Source: Macrostomum hystrix (lineage: Eukaryota; Animalia; Platyhelminthes). Taken from it: DNA of 64,000 nt. The notes under the pieces were generated by a model. It was not told the origin of the DNA, did not search any database, and worked only from the letters and a program-made list of their open reading frames with translations. Shown here piece by piece: positions 40,039-52,932 of this stretch. The DNA is taken from the NCBI GenBank assembly GCA_950097015.1, contig CATNEN010000029.1:2604001-2668000 (forward strand), in the 5' to 3' direction. Position numbers and translations under genes: made by a program. The first letter of the stretch is position 1; every line of letters starts with the position of its first letter.

Positions 40039-41724
40039 AATAGGTGCGACTGTTCTGTCCGTATGTTAATTTGTCTGTTTGTAAATAGCGGAGCGCGATC
40101 GATACTTCAGACATGGGGAGGTGCACAATTTATGTTGTTTAAACGTCGCTCTTTGAAGAATATCCCTGAAAAGCACGTGCAGTTACTTTGGCGACTTTGA
40201 ATAGAAAAAAGCGAATCGCTATTTGGCTTTGTTCAAATTTTTATTTCAGTAATTTACACATTTTTAGATGCTAATTCAAGCATTTTCTTGTATATTACTT
40301 TTTTAATTTACAATGGGCGATAGGGGATATGAAGATAATGTACAAACGTTAAGAAATAAATATTATTTATGAATTAGAAAATAGCAACACACACGGGCCA
40401 TTTTGCAAACATACTAAGCAACGCGGAGAGGCAAAAGGCTTAACGAGATTAAAATAAACAGTAGCAAGAAAGGTATAAATATTCTGATGAATATGTACTA
40501 TAGCCGAAGCAAAACAATTTCATGGATGCAGAGATTTAGTACACAAAAACGAGGAAAATTATGCATAAAAGGCGTACACTACTACTTGCTTATGACAAAT
40601 CTGATACAGTAGTCAGTTGGACAATCATGCAATTTTGAAATTTGCACAAAATTTACCTCACAACAACAGTAGCAATAAACATTTAAATTACTTTATACAA
40701 TGGCTGTTAATTAGTTAGCAACACGTGGACAAGCGTTAGCTAAGACAATTATTGCGAATTTACATACAATTAGTGTACTAAGGACAAATCGACGATGAAT
40801 AGCACGGTAATACCCTGCTAACATAACTCATTAGCAGGGTGCAGGTATATTAAGCTGGACAAGGCAAAACACGTGTCTTAATTAGCAATCGAAAAGAAAA
40901 TATTATTAAAATATTAATGATCATAGAATCATCTGAATTGAAACAAATTTAACTGACTAAGGAATTCAATAGTTTGGTGTGTTTTTTAATTCCCTTAAAA
41001 TTAGGCCCCGTTCGCACCAGTATGGAAAATAGTAACAATATAAAATAAAAAAAATATGATAAACTTCTATTCGTTGATGTTTTTGTCAAACCACAATTTT
41101 TTTTTACAAAAAAGCAAAAAGAAGAACAAACAGAAAATTAAATAACAAATTAACACGCTAGCGCAATGTCGTGAGTCTAGCTACATCTTTTTGATCTTCA
41201 TTTAAACAGGAGCGTATACTACTTACTTTATAAGTAGTAAAAAGTGCGATTTTAAATAGCAGTTTTTCGATTACAAATAACTTCAAAGTAAAACTGCCAA
41301 ATGTCCAAAACCAATGGACATTTAAAATATTTAAAAAGTAGCATAATTGATGAGAAGAAAAGTTTGAATAGAATTAGAGCATTAAAATACGAGTAAAAAA
41401 ACACAAGACTTTAGTACAAAACCGAAATAACTATTGCACTGAGACAGATTCCCATTGCAATAGTGCGTCTAATTTCACCAGAAAATGTTATTCTTTACCA
41501 ACTAAACTATATACAGATTTAGATTTTACGCTTTGAAACGAACAGAAGCAAAGACAGGGAGTTTAGAAAAAAATTGCAACAATTAAACAAGACAGGTTAA
41601 TTAATTAATAAAACACACTTTAAAGAAAACCTGACGCGTTGCTATGGAAACTAGATAAACAGACAAAAAGAGCATTAAAATCAATATTTGAAAAGCTTGC
41701 CGTCGAAAATAGATTTGCAATAAG

Positions 41725-43878
41725 CTAAGCTGCCGCCTCTTCTGGCCAGTTGATTTCCAAATTGTCTGTATCGTCATTCAGCGTGTAGAAGGCCTGCTGC
41801 TGTGCCAGAAGGTCCAACTGGCCAAAGCTGTACCGCTGCTGCTGCTGTTGCTGATGATGGCCAAACTGCTGGGAGGAGGCAGTTGAAGTGGCCATCGCCG
41901 CCGCAACCAGCGCCGAGGCGGCTGCGGCAGTTGCAGCCGCTGAAGCCGCAGCCGAGCCGACTGGCGACACGACCTGGCTGACGGGCTGCGGCGACTGACG
42001 CTGCCAGCCGCCTGAGGCGTGGTGCTTGCAGTAGGAATGGTCCGAGTAGGCCAGCCCGTAGCTACAATAGGCGGTGCAAATGTTAAACGGATTTCAGTAG
42101 TGTTTGACTCGTTAAAGAAGCGTTTGAGTCGTTAAGGAAGTGTTTGACTCGTTAAAGAAGCGTTTGAGTCGTTAAGGAAGTGTTTGAGTCGTTTGAGAAG
42201 CTGTTGAGTCCTTGAAACGACCTTATCGAATCGCATGTTAAAAGTATCGTCTTCATTGGGCTATAAATAAACATGGATTCCAGAAATAAAAGAAAAAGGT
42301 GACGCACGGTGTGCAGAACTGCGGTCGTGGAGTTGCCACAATCAAGGAGCCGTTATCACTGGTTGGATGATGATGACGATGCTTCTGCAGCTGATGATGA
42401 TGATGCCGACGCTTTCGGCCAGTGTCAATCGCCTGCGAGTCGGCCCCGACGCCACGCTGATGATGCTGCAGAATGGCGGAAGACGGTGACAGTTGCTGCT
42501 GATGGCCGACGCCCGGTTCGTCGCGTCTGGTGCGCGGCCTGGCCCCGGCAGACAGGTAGAGAAAATATTCGTTGCTTAGCGACGCTTTGGAGGGCCGGCC
42601 GCGACCGCGTTTCTGTATTGGAAACGGCAGCGAGCCGAGACGGCCGCCAAGTTTGGCCATTGTGCGGCACTGGCGGGCCAGACAGTCAACAGTGTCCAGC
42701 TTGAAGCTTGGGTAGCGCTTCTTGGCCTGACAAACCTCGCAGCGGCCGCAGTCGACCTTCAGGCGGCAGGCCTCGCAGTAGCCGCAGCGTTTAGGGAAGC
42801 GGAACACGCTGGTTGAGGCGAAGTCGTCTTCGTCTAGCATGGAGTTGTGATCCTGCTCAGGGTCCGACTCCAGCTGGGGCGGACGAAAGCCGGACGTTTC
42901 CAGTTCGTCATCGGTGGCCGACTCGTCCTCAGCCGGCAGGAGCATCTCCTCATCAGCGACAGCTAAACTGTCCGCGTCGACGATAACGCTGCCAACAGCG
43001 ACACCACCAACGTCGGTTGCGACGCGACTGACAACAACCTCATCGTCGTCGTCTTCGTCGACGTCGCTAACGACGGCGCCGAGAGCGACGGCGGCGGCCG
43101 CCGCGGCAGCTGCTGACGGGCTTGAGAGCAGCGAAGGTGGATCTAGAACAACAATGCCGTTCTTGCTGCTGCTGCCGCTAATGTCGTGACAGTCGCTGTC
43201 GGGCACCAAATCTAACTCCTCGATACCATCGTCGTGGTGGTTAATATTGTTAGCAGTGTCGGCATCGTGAATTCGTTGCTGATTGTAATCGGTCGGTGGC
43301 AAAGACGCCGGCCTGGCGGTTGGCCGCCGACCTCGACGCCGCCGACGCTCTTCGCCACCATTGGTCAGCAATGCTGGAGCCGCCTTCTTCAGTGCCTTTG
43401 TGTTAGGAGTCTTGGCGGCAGCGGCTGCTTTTGCCGCCCTCTTAACTGGAGCTGTATCGATGCTAGCTTCCTTGGATTTCGAATGAGTCCGCTGTTGCTG
43501 TTGAGAAACGGCCTCTTGCCTAATTGGCGACCGTCTTCGACCGCCGCGACGCGGCTGCTTGGCCTCCGAGGCCTCGTTTTCGGAGTCGTCAGCAGCAGTC
43601 GCAGCCTGTACAGGAGAGGTGGCGTTCTTGTACTGAATGGACAGGCGGCGATTCTTTTTGCGGCAAGTCTCGCAATAGTAGGCCAGAATACGATCGGCCA
43701 TGCTAGACGTGACGCTGACGCAGTCGCCGTGGAACCATTCTTGACAATTGTCGCAGGCGATCATAAATCTAGCCGTGTCACCGGAACGGCACAGGCAATA
43801 CACTGGCCTAGGCGGCTTCAGTGGACGCGAGCTGGACCGCGTGGCCCCGGCCTCCGGCTTTGGTACGGCCTTCTGCAT
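41725..43878 (-). CDS. CXXC1: CFP1/CXXC1-like PHD + CXXC zinc-finger protein with AT-hook, atypical C-terminus; exons 43878-42308, 42061-41725; ~635 aa (an upstream exon or leader may join at the phase-0 acceptor 43947)
   Basis: PHD finger VYCLCR...FMIACDNCQEWFHGDC...YYCETCR closely matches the CFP1 PHD; CXXC CGYCEACR..DCGRCEVC...C..RQC; phase-2 intron CC|gtgcgt...ttgtag|C gives a 1908-nt frame. Confidence 0.82.
42105..42200. repeat. 20-bp GTTTGAGTCGTTAAGGAAGT-type short tandem repeat in the CXXC gene intron
   Basis: ~4.5 units. Confidence 0.8.
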
Positions 43879-45225
43879 GGCTTTGGTTTCAACCCTGGGT
43901 CTGGTCGGACTGCCGCCGCCGAGGCCGCTGCGAGTCTGGTGCCTCTTCTGCGATAAGAATCAGATCAACTGGGTCAATAGCGATATTTAATAGACTAAAG
44001 TAGCCTACAGAAACATTTGTTTAAAGTCGTTTTTAGACCAAAATAGATTTTGGCTGTCCATGAGGTCAAATAAACATAATACTGAGGATTGTAAATAGTC
44101 ATAAAGAAAAAGTGTCTATATAATAAGCCATTTGAATGTAAAGTCTAAGACTCAGCTTTAAAAATAAAAGGCAAGTGCAACATTATTAGAATGCCAAAAG
44201 CAAGTTCTGTGGAGAACATAAATTCTCAGAGTTTACAATAAGCCCTTTGTTCCTATCACATTAGGTACTTGTGCTATACAAACCCTAGTAGTTAGAAAAA
44301 AATAAAAAACTTGCACTGAATTATACTGACTCAATACCATTTCATATGATTAAAAAATAAAGCTAATAAAGCATCATCATCATTTGTTTCATTGTCATGA
44401 GCTCACTTTTTGAGGCATGAGACATACACATTAAGTAATAAAATAAAATAAATATTAAATAATATATTGTTCTCTTTCCTCTAGAATGCAAAAGCCAATT
44501 CCTACCTCAATCTTAGCCAATTAGAAAGGCCAAGACTTGTTATCTTTGAAGCAAGCTAGAGCTGAGGCAGTCTTGGTCCTATGCTAATTTAAAAAAAAAA
44601 TTATTGCATACAAATATATATATATTTTAATATTGGCCTAATTTTCTCAAAATTGGACAGTTTATGAGGATTATATTTTACATGATAATGGACTACAACA
44701 TATTGAAAACTAAAATATATAGAGGGTCCCAAATTAAATTCCAACATGTGTTGTCAACAAGGACAACTTAACAGCACAGGATGTAACACTAATCAATTGA
44801 CAAAAATAAAAAAAGTATCAATGGCTTTAGTATGCTTTGTAGGCTATAATAGTCAAATGCATTTTAACACGTGCTAAGAAAATAAAATCTCTAGTGCAAC
44901 GGAGATTATTGTGAAACAATTTAAGGTTATACTGATAAATATTACATTTTCAGCTCAACTTCACAATATATAACTTAACAATTGCCTCAAAGTATCACTA
45001 GGCCTACCAGAACATCAACAACTAGTGTACTGCCCACAGGGTCTGTCCAAAATAATATACAATAGATAATTTACACAAAAATAGGCCACAATCTATCTAT
45101 TGAAGAAAATGCTTCTCTATACAATCTTTGAGGACCAGAGAAAGAGAATCTGAATGGCAAGATAAAGAAAGCAAATGTAGAAAACTTGGAGTTCAAATCT
45201 AGCAAAATCACAATATAAGTTTCAT

Positions 45226-45526
45226 CATACATGTGCAACCTCCCAAATCTTAGTTGGCCGTGCGACTTAGTTTTTGCTCTATTTATGACTTAGTTTGCTC
45301 TCAGTTGCGACTTAGTTCGTTTCATTGCTTTATTTACAACTTAGTTTGCTCTCATTTGCTCTATTTTTCTCTCCCCTTTTTCCTCTTCTTCACACGTTCC
45401 TTTTTGTCCCTTGGTCCCCCCTTTGATTTTTTTGTGCTTGGTTGATTGGTTTTTGCGACTTACCTTGCTTGGCCCTTGTTTCACCCGGCCGGTTCAGCCG
45501 GGTCGGCCGGGTGTTGCGCATGTATG
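45226..45526. mobile_element. MITE (hAT-like), copy 2
   Basis: TIR CATACATGTGCAAC / GTTGCGCATGTATG; perfect 8-bp TSD AGTTTCAT (45218-45225, 45527-45534). Confidence 0.92.
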
Positions 45527-46261
45527 AGTTTCATAAGGAAAACTGAGCCATCTGCTTTACTTGCAATGAAGCATTTGACATTTCTCAAAAACTTTGTGTT
45601 AACAGTTTAGTGAATATGTTGCTAAGAATGTTTATACTAGTCTAGCTAACTTGGTTATATTATTTTATATTTTAATTCACTTTGCATTGGTTCTGTTGAC
45701 TTGTTTATGTTGCCTTAAGGCTTAAGTTCAATTGGAACTGCATTTACATAATAGTTAAATTGTATTTACTATAGAGTATTTAGTTAATTGTTTGATGTTA
45801 AATAATGTTTGCTATGAGCAATTAGTACATATAGTAACTGAGTATTTGTATATAGACAGCCTTTTTACATGAGTTGCCTAAGCCTTTACTTATACATCAG
45901 TTCAATTTCAGATTTGCAACTTTTAATATGTAAAAAATATTAACATTCTTACTTTTCATATATTAAGAAATTAGGCCTTAGCATCTTTATGAAACTCTGT
46001 GCAAAGCCATAGACACAAGAAATTAAAGTGGCTTTTCTGATTTTTGTCAATATTAGCAAGTATAACATCCTGTGTTCTTAAGCTTACTTTAGTTAGCAGT
46101 AATGTTCTAGGACCAAGCTAAAAAGACATCTAAAATAAATAAATAATATCATGCAAATCATTAAACTTTAACCAACCCATGCATGGTGGCACTTTACAAA
46201 AAAATTATAGGCTAATAATTTTACTAATGTGCCTGAGGGCTGAGGCTATGGTAGGCCTATA

Positions 46262-46545
46262 GGCGATTTCTTAGTTTCCCGCGTTAAATTATTTTGTAAG
46301 TCCAAGCAATAAGCAATTAAGCAATAAGAAGTCCAAGTCCATATATAAAAGTCCAGGGGCCATAGATGGGATGTCAGACAGCGGGGTAGTAGTGCGCAAT
46401 CCAGAACATGATGTTGCCAAACTGATTGTGCGGAAACTGGCGGCGCCACATGTACTCTTGCAGGTACGTGTCAAAGAGGACAGTTAGCTCCCGATGGAAA
46501 AAGCAAAAAAATAGCTATTTTAATGCGGGAAACTAAAAAATCGCC
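46262..46545 (-). mobile_element. Merlin-type DNA transposon deletion derivative retaining the transposase C-terminus
   Basis: 27-bp TIR GGCGATTTYTTAGTTTCCCGCRTTAAA; perfect 8-bp TSD GGCCTATA; minus strand 46472-46374 reads DTYLQEYMWRRQFPHNQFGNIMFWIAHYYPAV*, like the YLxEFMWRR...I...YP end of Merlin/IS1595-type transposases. Confidence 0.82.
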
Positions 46546-48442
46546 GGCCTATATGCCATGTATTATTACACATATTGCTTTATCAGTTAACACTTTGAGC
46601 ACGTACTAAACCTATGTACACATAGATTTGACAAGAGAGATAAATATAAAGCTTTTTATTTAAAGATCTGCAATGACAAAACTGTTTACAAAAATTATAG
46701 GCCTACTCATGTGAATCAGAATATGCCACAATGTCAATATTTAGGCCTATAGGTTGTGACATACTTTTGCTGCTGTGTTTCCAAATCTCAATTCATAAGA
46801 AATGCAAAGAATTTCACTTAGATTTTTGCAGCGTCATATGTTTTAAACATGCAACGAATAAAAATAGGTATGCCCTTCCAGTATTATTACAAGAGTCTTT
46901 AATGGTTGTCCGTGTGAAATTCTTAGTAATGATATTTTCATCGTTTTTATACGAGACATTGGCGTTTTTACAAACAAAATGCTGAAAAGATGCCACGGAA
47001 AATATGTAAGTATTCAAACTGCGACAAAAGAACCATATCATTTGGCTGTCGTCCTACTACTACGGGCGTTTTGCGTATTATTTGTTTTCATAATTTCCAA
47101 GAATCTCTGCTTACTAACACCGGAAATCTAATCTCATTAAAAAGAACTTAATGCCAAGCATAATAAATGGATTTTAGCGAAATTATTTTACATTTATCAT
47201 TCATTACGCATTTGATAGTCTTTACTTAACAGAATAGTTGCGTGAGAAGGAACACGCATTTTTCCGCATTCTGAAATGCTTTGCCTTTACGTAGATCTCG
47301 CGTGCAGAAGCCTACATATAAATTTTTTTGGTATTTTATAAAGTGTTCAGCTAAATTCACACAACCTGACATGCTTTGAACTCCGGTTTCTTTTACATCA
47401 ATATAAATTAAGCTATTACAATATGATGAGATGATATAGGAGCTAGAGCACGTTCTTTAACTTAAAGAAATATAACTTCGGTTATGATGCACCGAATGGC
47501 CCATAAAAAATAAAGCGTAACTTGTCGCAGGCTTAGTATCCAATACGTCAGTTTTTAATTTACTGCATCCAATAAATTGAAGGGAAAGGGAATGAATGGC
47601 TTTGTAATAGAAAAATTCAAAACATGATCAGAAATTATGTGTTCTAATATATAATATTTTAGCACATATATCTTGGAGTTTATATTGGAGTTTACCATTC
47701 CGGGTTTAACATTAGTTCTATTCCGCAACACATAAAATCAAATACAGGCACAGCCGTCAATGAATACAAAGTCCGACAACTTTGTATGTGAAACTGCTGG
47801 TACGAGTACATATGTCAAAGCGTGCAGGCCAAAAAATCACTTCGATTTTGAGCACAAAAGCTATTCTTAAGCATGTCTATTTTAGCAGCAGGCAATTGTA
47901 AAAGAGCAGCCCACTAAATCGCTGTGGCGCGGGAATGCTTACGTTTCACTAATTGGAGCGCTGCATGGCTTCGTGCTACGCATACAGCTGCATCGGTGCT
48001 AGGACTATAAGCTAGGATTTGTGTGGCCAAGGATATACTTATATATAAATCGCCTAGCATGCACAAGCTGTAGCAATGGCCGGGGGAACAGCCGGGCAGG
48101 TTCTAGAGCGTCTTTCGCTCTCCGCGCCTATCCGCGTACGCATAACTTGTAAGCTAGTGCAGGGGATGCACTAATTCATGCGTTAATGGACACAAGGAAG
48201 AGTTGGCAACTGGCACAAGTGCTTCATGCTAGCGAATTTCTGTTGCAAAGTTCTGGTTACAGCTGTTTCTTTGTAGTCTGTTTGTTGCCAATTATTTTAA
48301 GAGATTTAGAGCCGGCGTTATATGTGTTTAGGATCTGTAGGCCGATTTCCTTTCTTTCTTGTTTAAGTACACACAAGTGCACATTTAAATTTGTGTCTGT
48401 CTCGGCGACCAAAATCTATAGATCCAGTAGTATAATGGGAGG

Positions 48443-48623
<181 letters not shown>

Positions 48624-49212
48624 TTGAATGCTTCATTGGTTCATTGAGAGCTGCTGCAGGTCCATCTAGTGAGGCTGTCACAGCTCTACTCCATGCGTAA
48701 TTACTGATGCAACAGCAAAGCGGGGGTCGTTTGCTCAAGGAAATGGGATTTGTTTACTAGGTCTACTATAGAAGCAGCTCTCGATAAGATTTTGCCTGCA
48801 CTCAGCTTTGCTTGCATAAAAAGGCATTGCACGTAGGCATGCACTGAAGCCCCACTTCCCATGGGAATTGAGGCAGAGGGAGCGTTCCATCGGCATCAAC
48901 TGGTTTTTTATGAATTTCCGTTTCTTCTTTCTCTTCATTTTTCTTTCTGGGACGCTATCGATTTTTTACTTGGTAATTTTCGTAAATTCTACTTCCGACT
49001 TTCATTTTGGAGGGGCCGCCCTGTCCTTAGCGTGGATTAGTTTCACCGCTTGTTGTAGAGTGGCCTCTGCTACAGTTCTCCCACATTTTTTGTGCGAAGT
49101 TGCCAATTTTATAGGTAAATTCTAGTGCTGAAAGCTATACGCTGGTTCGAAACTTTCTTATGCAATTCGAACTGTTGTGGACATCACTGACTCCAAAGCT
49201 GCGGGTCGAAAT

Positions 49213-49758
49213 GACCGGATCGAGATAATCGGATCGGGATTAACGGATCTGGATGGAGATTAACGGATCGGATTAAGTGATCCGGATAATCGGATCGGGA
49301 TTATTGGATAGGGATTAACAGATCGCGATTAAGTGATCCGGATAATCGGATTGAGATTATTTGATCGGGATTAGCAGATCGAGATTAAGAAATCCGGATA
49401 ATCGGATCGAGATTATTGGATCGGGATTAACAGATCGAGATTAAGTGATCCGGATAATCGGATCGGGATTATTGGATCGGGATTAACAGATCGAGATTAC
49501 CGGATCAGGGTATTATCGAATTCGGGATTATCGAATCGAGACTATATATTGGATCGGGATTAACAGATCGAGATTACCGAATCAGGGATTACCGGATCAG
49601 TGATAACCGGATCAGGGATAACCGGATCGGGATTAACAGATCGGGATTAACAGATCGAGATTACCGGATCGGGATAACCGGATCGGGATAACCAGATCGG
49701 GATTATCGAATCGAGATTATTGGATCGGGATTACCAGATCGGGATTACCGGATCGGAA
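49213..49758. repeat. Degenerate CGGATCGGGATTA-type tandem repeat
   Basis: Recurrent GGATCGGGATTA / GATCGAGATTA motifs. Confidence 0.88.
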
Positions 49759-50421
49759 ATCCAGGGGCTAGCGGAATGGGGGGCGATTTCTCCCCGCTGC
49801 TGTAACCGAAATAATGGAAATGCGGTTTGTTTTGGTTTCTAAAATCAATAGCAAATAGCATCTTGCCATCAATCTATTAGTTATACTGAGTTAATCATTG
49901 TAAGATTATGCAGAGCTCGGATTAAGCCGGGCATCTATAATCCCCTCCTAAACACACAACTCCGATGCTTAAAGCCGGACCGCGGTTGAATAAGTGCAGT
50001 CGCAGGAACGGCCCATATTCTATTGGGCATTGCGGGCCACAACAATCAGTGAGATTGATGTTTCGTTTCGCGAAAAGCGGCTTACGCAACGGCTTATTAG
50101 CAATTTCATCTGTTTCCGATGGCTTGCATGCCCCCAGCGTTGTTTTAGTGCCAATAACAGGCCAAATGGAGTGCAGCGTTCGGCTCCGGGGGAAAATGCC
50201 AAATATTTTTGAGCTGTCATAAATCAGAGAGACTGCTGAGGCAGGTCGGCTGCTCAATATCATACTCGTGACTTCTATTATAGTTGCAAAGTTCGAATCT
50301 CGATCTTCATCTCTCTTCCTCTCGATCGAAATTCTTTTAATATCTACTCAAATTAAACATTTTCTTTCAGTTGTTTGAAGTTTTTCAGCTACACTTCAAT
50401 TGCTGATCACACGCTCCAAGT

Positions 50422-50690
50422 GGGCCAGATGTGCAGCCGACAGCACAGCCGCAGCTATTGCGCGGCGCATCTGAAGGCTGCGTACGGCTGTTCAGTCCAT
50501 GGACTGGGGGGACGCCACACCCACCCATTATTACCTCAGCTAATGCTGGTACCCATTTAACAGCTGGGTGAACTCAAGCAATGCAGAGTTAAAGGTCTTG
50601 CTAAAAACAAAAAAATTCCAGTGGAGTCGGGAATCGAGCCCCCGACCTTCAAGTCTTGAGTTAGACGCTCGAACTACTGGGCTAAAAACT
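50422..50690 (-). mobile_element. tRNA-derived CORE-like SINE
   Basis: Closely similar to 63229..63497; tRNA-like head at the right end (GGGAATCGAGCC = RC B box). Confidence 0.88.
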
Positions 50691-52257
50691 CTAAATTACT
50701 CGTAAGAAGACTCGTATTCTGTTTTTAATGCAAAATAAAACATTTTTTATCTGAACACATATATAGTAACGAAATAAACTTTCATCTAAAAGTAGACATT
50801 TTGTGGAAGCAAGTGAAGGTTAATTAGTAACTCGTAATTCGTAAAAATACGTAGAGAAATTATGTTTTTTTCTAAAGAGAGAAAATTGCCCACGTGTCTA
50901 GTGTGGAATTATTTGAATAGCCTCGTTGCGAATCGGGACTCGCAGGCATTGAGCAGGTGAGGCACGAACGCTGCCGCCTCAAACACATCAAAGGCGATTC
51001 GAATAGCAGAGGAAGGACGAAAATTTGAGAACACCTGCTTCTAACTATTCAGCTCCACTGTTTTTGCCGCTCTTTTACCTTAACAGTCCCTGCGTAAAAC
51101 TCGTTGCCTGTTGTGCTGTATGTTTTTAACTGTTAGACAGCCTGATGGAAAGTTGCAACCAGTAAGACAGCCTGATGGAAAGGTGTTAACTGTCCGTTAA
51201 ACTGCCCGGCAAACTGACAGTTCATATGGACTTTAAATAAGCAGCTAACACTTATAAATGAAGGTAGAGACAAAATAAATAATCATGAAGTTAAAAAGGC
51301 ATGCTTATAAACTGCTGTCTTGCAAATAATACTATTCGGCTGCTTATATATTTTTAGACAACTGAGACGTGTCTTTCAGAAAATGAGAAGTATCGATTGA
51401 CAAATTATCTGTCTCCGTAAAAACGGCCCAAATTAGGGTCTTACTTATTGTCAGTCAAAACAACCAAAAAGCCACACAAAGCATGACAGAATTCCAATTC
51501 TGACAGCCTGTGATTAGCTCAAATTAGCGAAGCCTATTAAAAAAACCGTTTTTTAGAAAACGGTTGCCCAGTTGCTTGTGGGATTTGTCTGTTGGACAGC
51601 TCTTTAAGGTCCTGCAGGATTATAAATTGACTGAGGCACTTTAACTCTGGATTGAGGACTCAATTTTTCCCAACTATATGAGGCAATATAATTTATAAAT
51701 ATTTCACTTTCCTCATCATCCTGACATTGAAATGACATCCGGAGTGGCACTTGAGCAGGGATTGTTGCTCTCCTGCGGCAGAAGCAGAACACTGCCTTGT
51801 TGCTGCCCCATCTCAGCTCAAAGAACGTATGTGGAACTCTCACTCAGTCATTGACAGACATCCCCGCAGACCGCAGTCGGTCCATTCGTCACGCTGCAAA
51901 ACATGGGTTAGAAAAAATCTGAGCTGCCACTGATTAATTGTCGGTTGTTCTTATTGCCATTCCTGCCATGCATTTTAGAGTCGCCAGTTCCGCTGTTGAC
52001 AAAGCACGGGCTGCGATAGTCAAGGTTGGGGACGGCTCGAGAACAGCTCAAGGACTGGCTAATGACAGCCGAGTTTCAACAAGCATGGTTAGAAAAGCCT
52101 TAGTAACTAAAATGACAGAGGGAGAAATCAGATAGGAGAAATGAGGCCAGAGAGACATAGGTGCGGACGGCGGCTGTGGCTAACACGCTCTGTGGAATAC
52201 TCAAGGCAAGGTTACTGTCATTCATCACGGATCAGCTGCGGCACAGCTTGCGGCTAC

Positions 52258-52500
52258 TATCGATATCTCACTGGTGCATTCTGCAGACATTGCACTGGAT
52301 TATCGATATCTCACTGGTGCATTCTGCAGACATTGCACTGGATTATCGATATCTCACTGGTGCATTCCACTGACATCACTGGGTTATCGATATCTCACTG
52401 ACACATTCCACTGACATCAATGGGCTATCGATATCTCACTGACACATTCCACTGACATCAATGGGCTATCAATATCTCACTGACACATTCCACTGATACT
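52258..52500. repeat. ~41-43-bp TATCGATATCTCACTG... minisatellite, ~6 copies
   Basis: Tandem units with a gradient of variants. Confidence 0.9.
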
Positions 52501-52773
52501 CACGAAATAAATTTGCACAAGCATTCACGGTAGGTCGATATTGCAGAAAAATTTAAACAGCGTCTACAGCTCTATATTTCACAAATTAGTCGTTCGAATT
52601 TGTCCACTAAAAGCACAAGTAAAATTTCTAGTGGTGCAGCACAATGCGCTTACAACATTGAAAAAGGTTAGGTACATTAGATGGGATCATGGTTCGGGGA
52701 TTTCATTATTGTTTTTCCACGCCATACGGGCTTGTGGAATGCTGGTTAAAGTTAACAACAGCATGGTTGATTT

Positions 52774-52886
52774 TTAAAGCTCCGTTATGTCATACTGTCG
52801 CTGCTGCTGCTGCTGTTGCTGCTGCTCCAGCTGCAAATCGCACATTTCGATTCCATTCGGCATTAGCTGGTCAGTTTCAGATGCCG

Positions 52887-52932
<46 letters not shown>

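Noticed and set aside
49922-50263. 113-aa ORF with protein-like composition
   Set aside because: No family recognised, no splice context; possibly a transposon fragment; needs a BLAST/HMM search
51560-52140. Short ORFs in a GC-richer patch, possible decayed transposase
   Set aside because: Interrupted by stops and no diagnostic motif recognised
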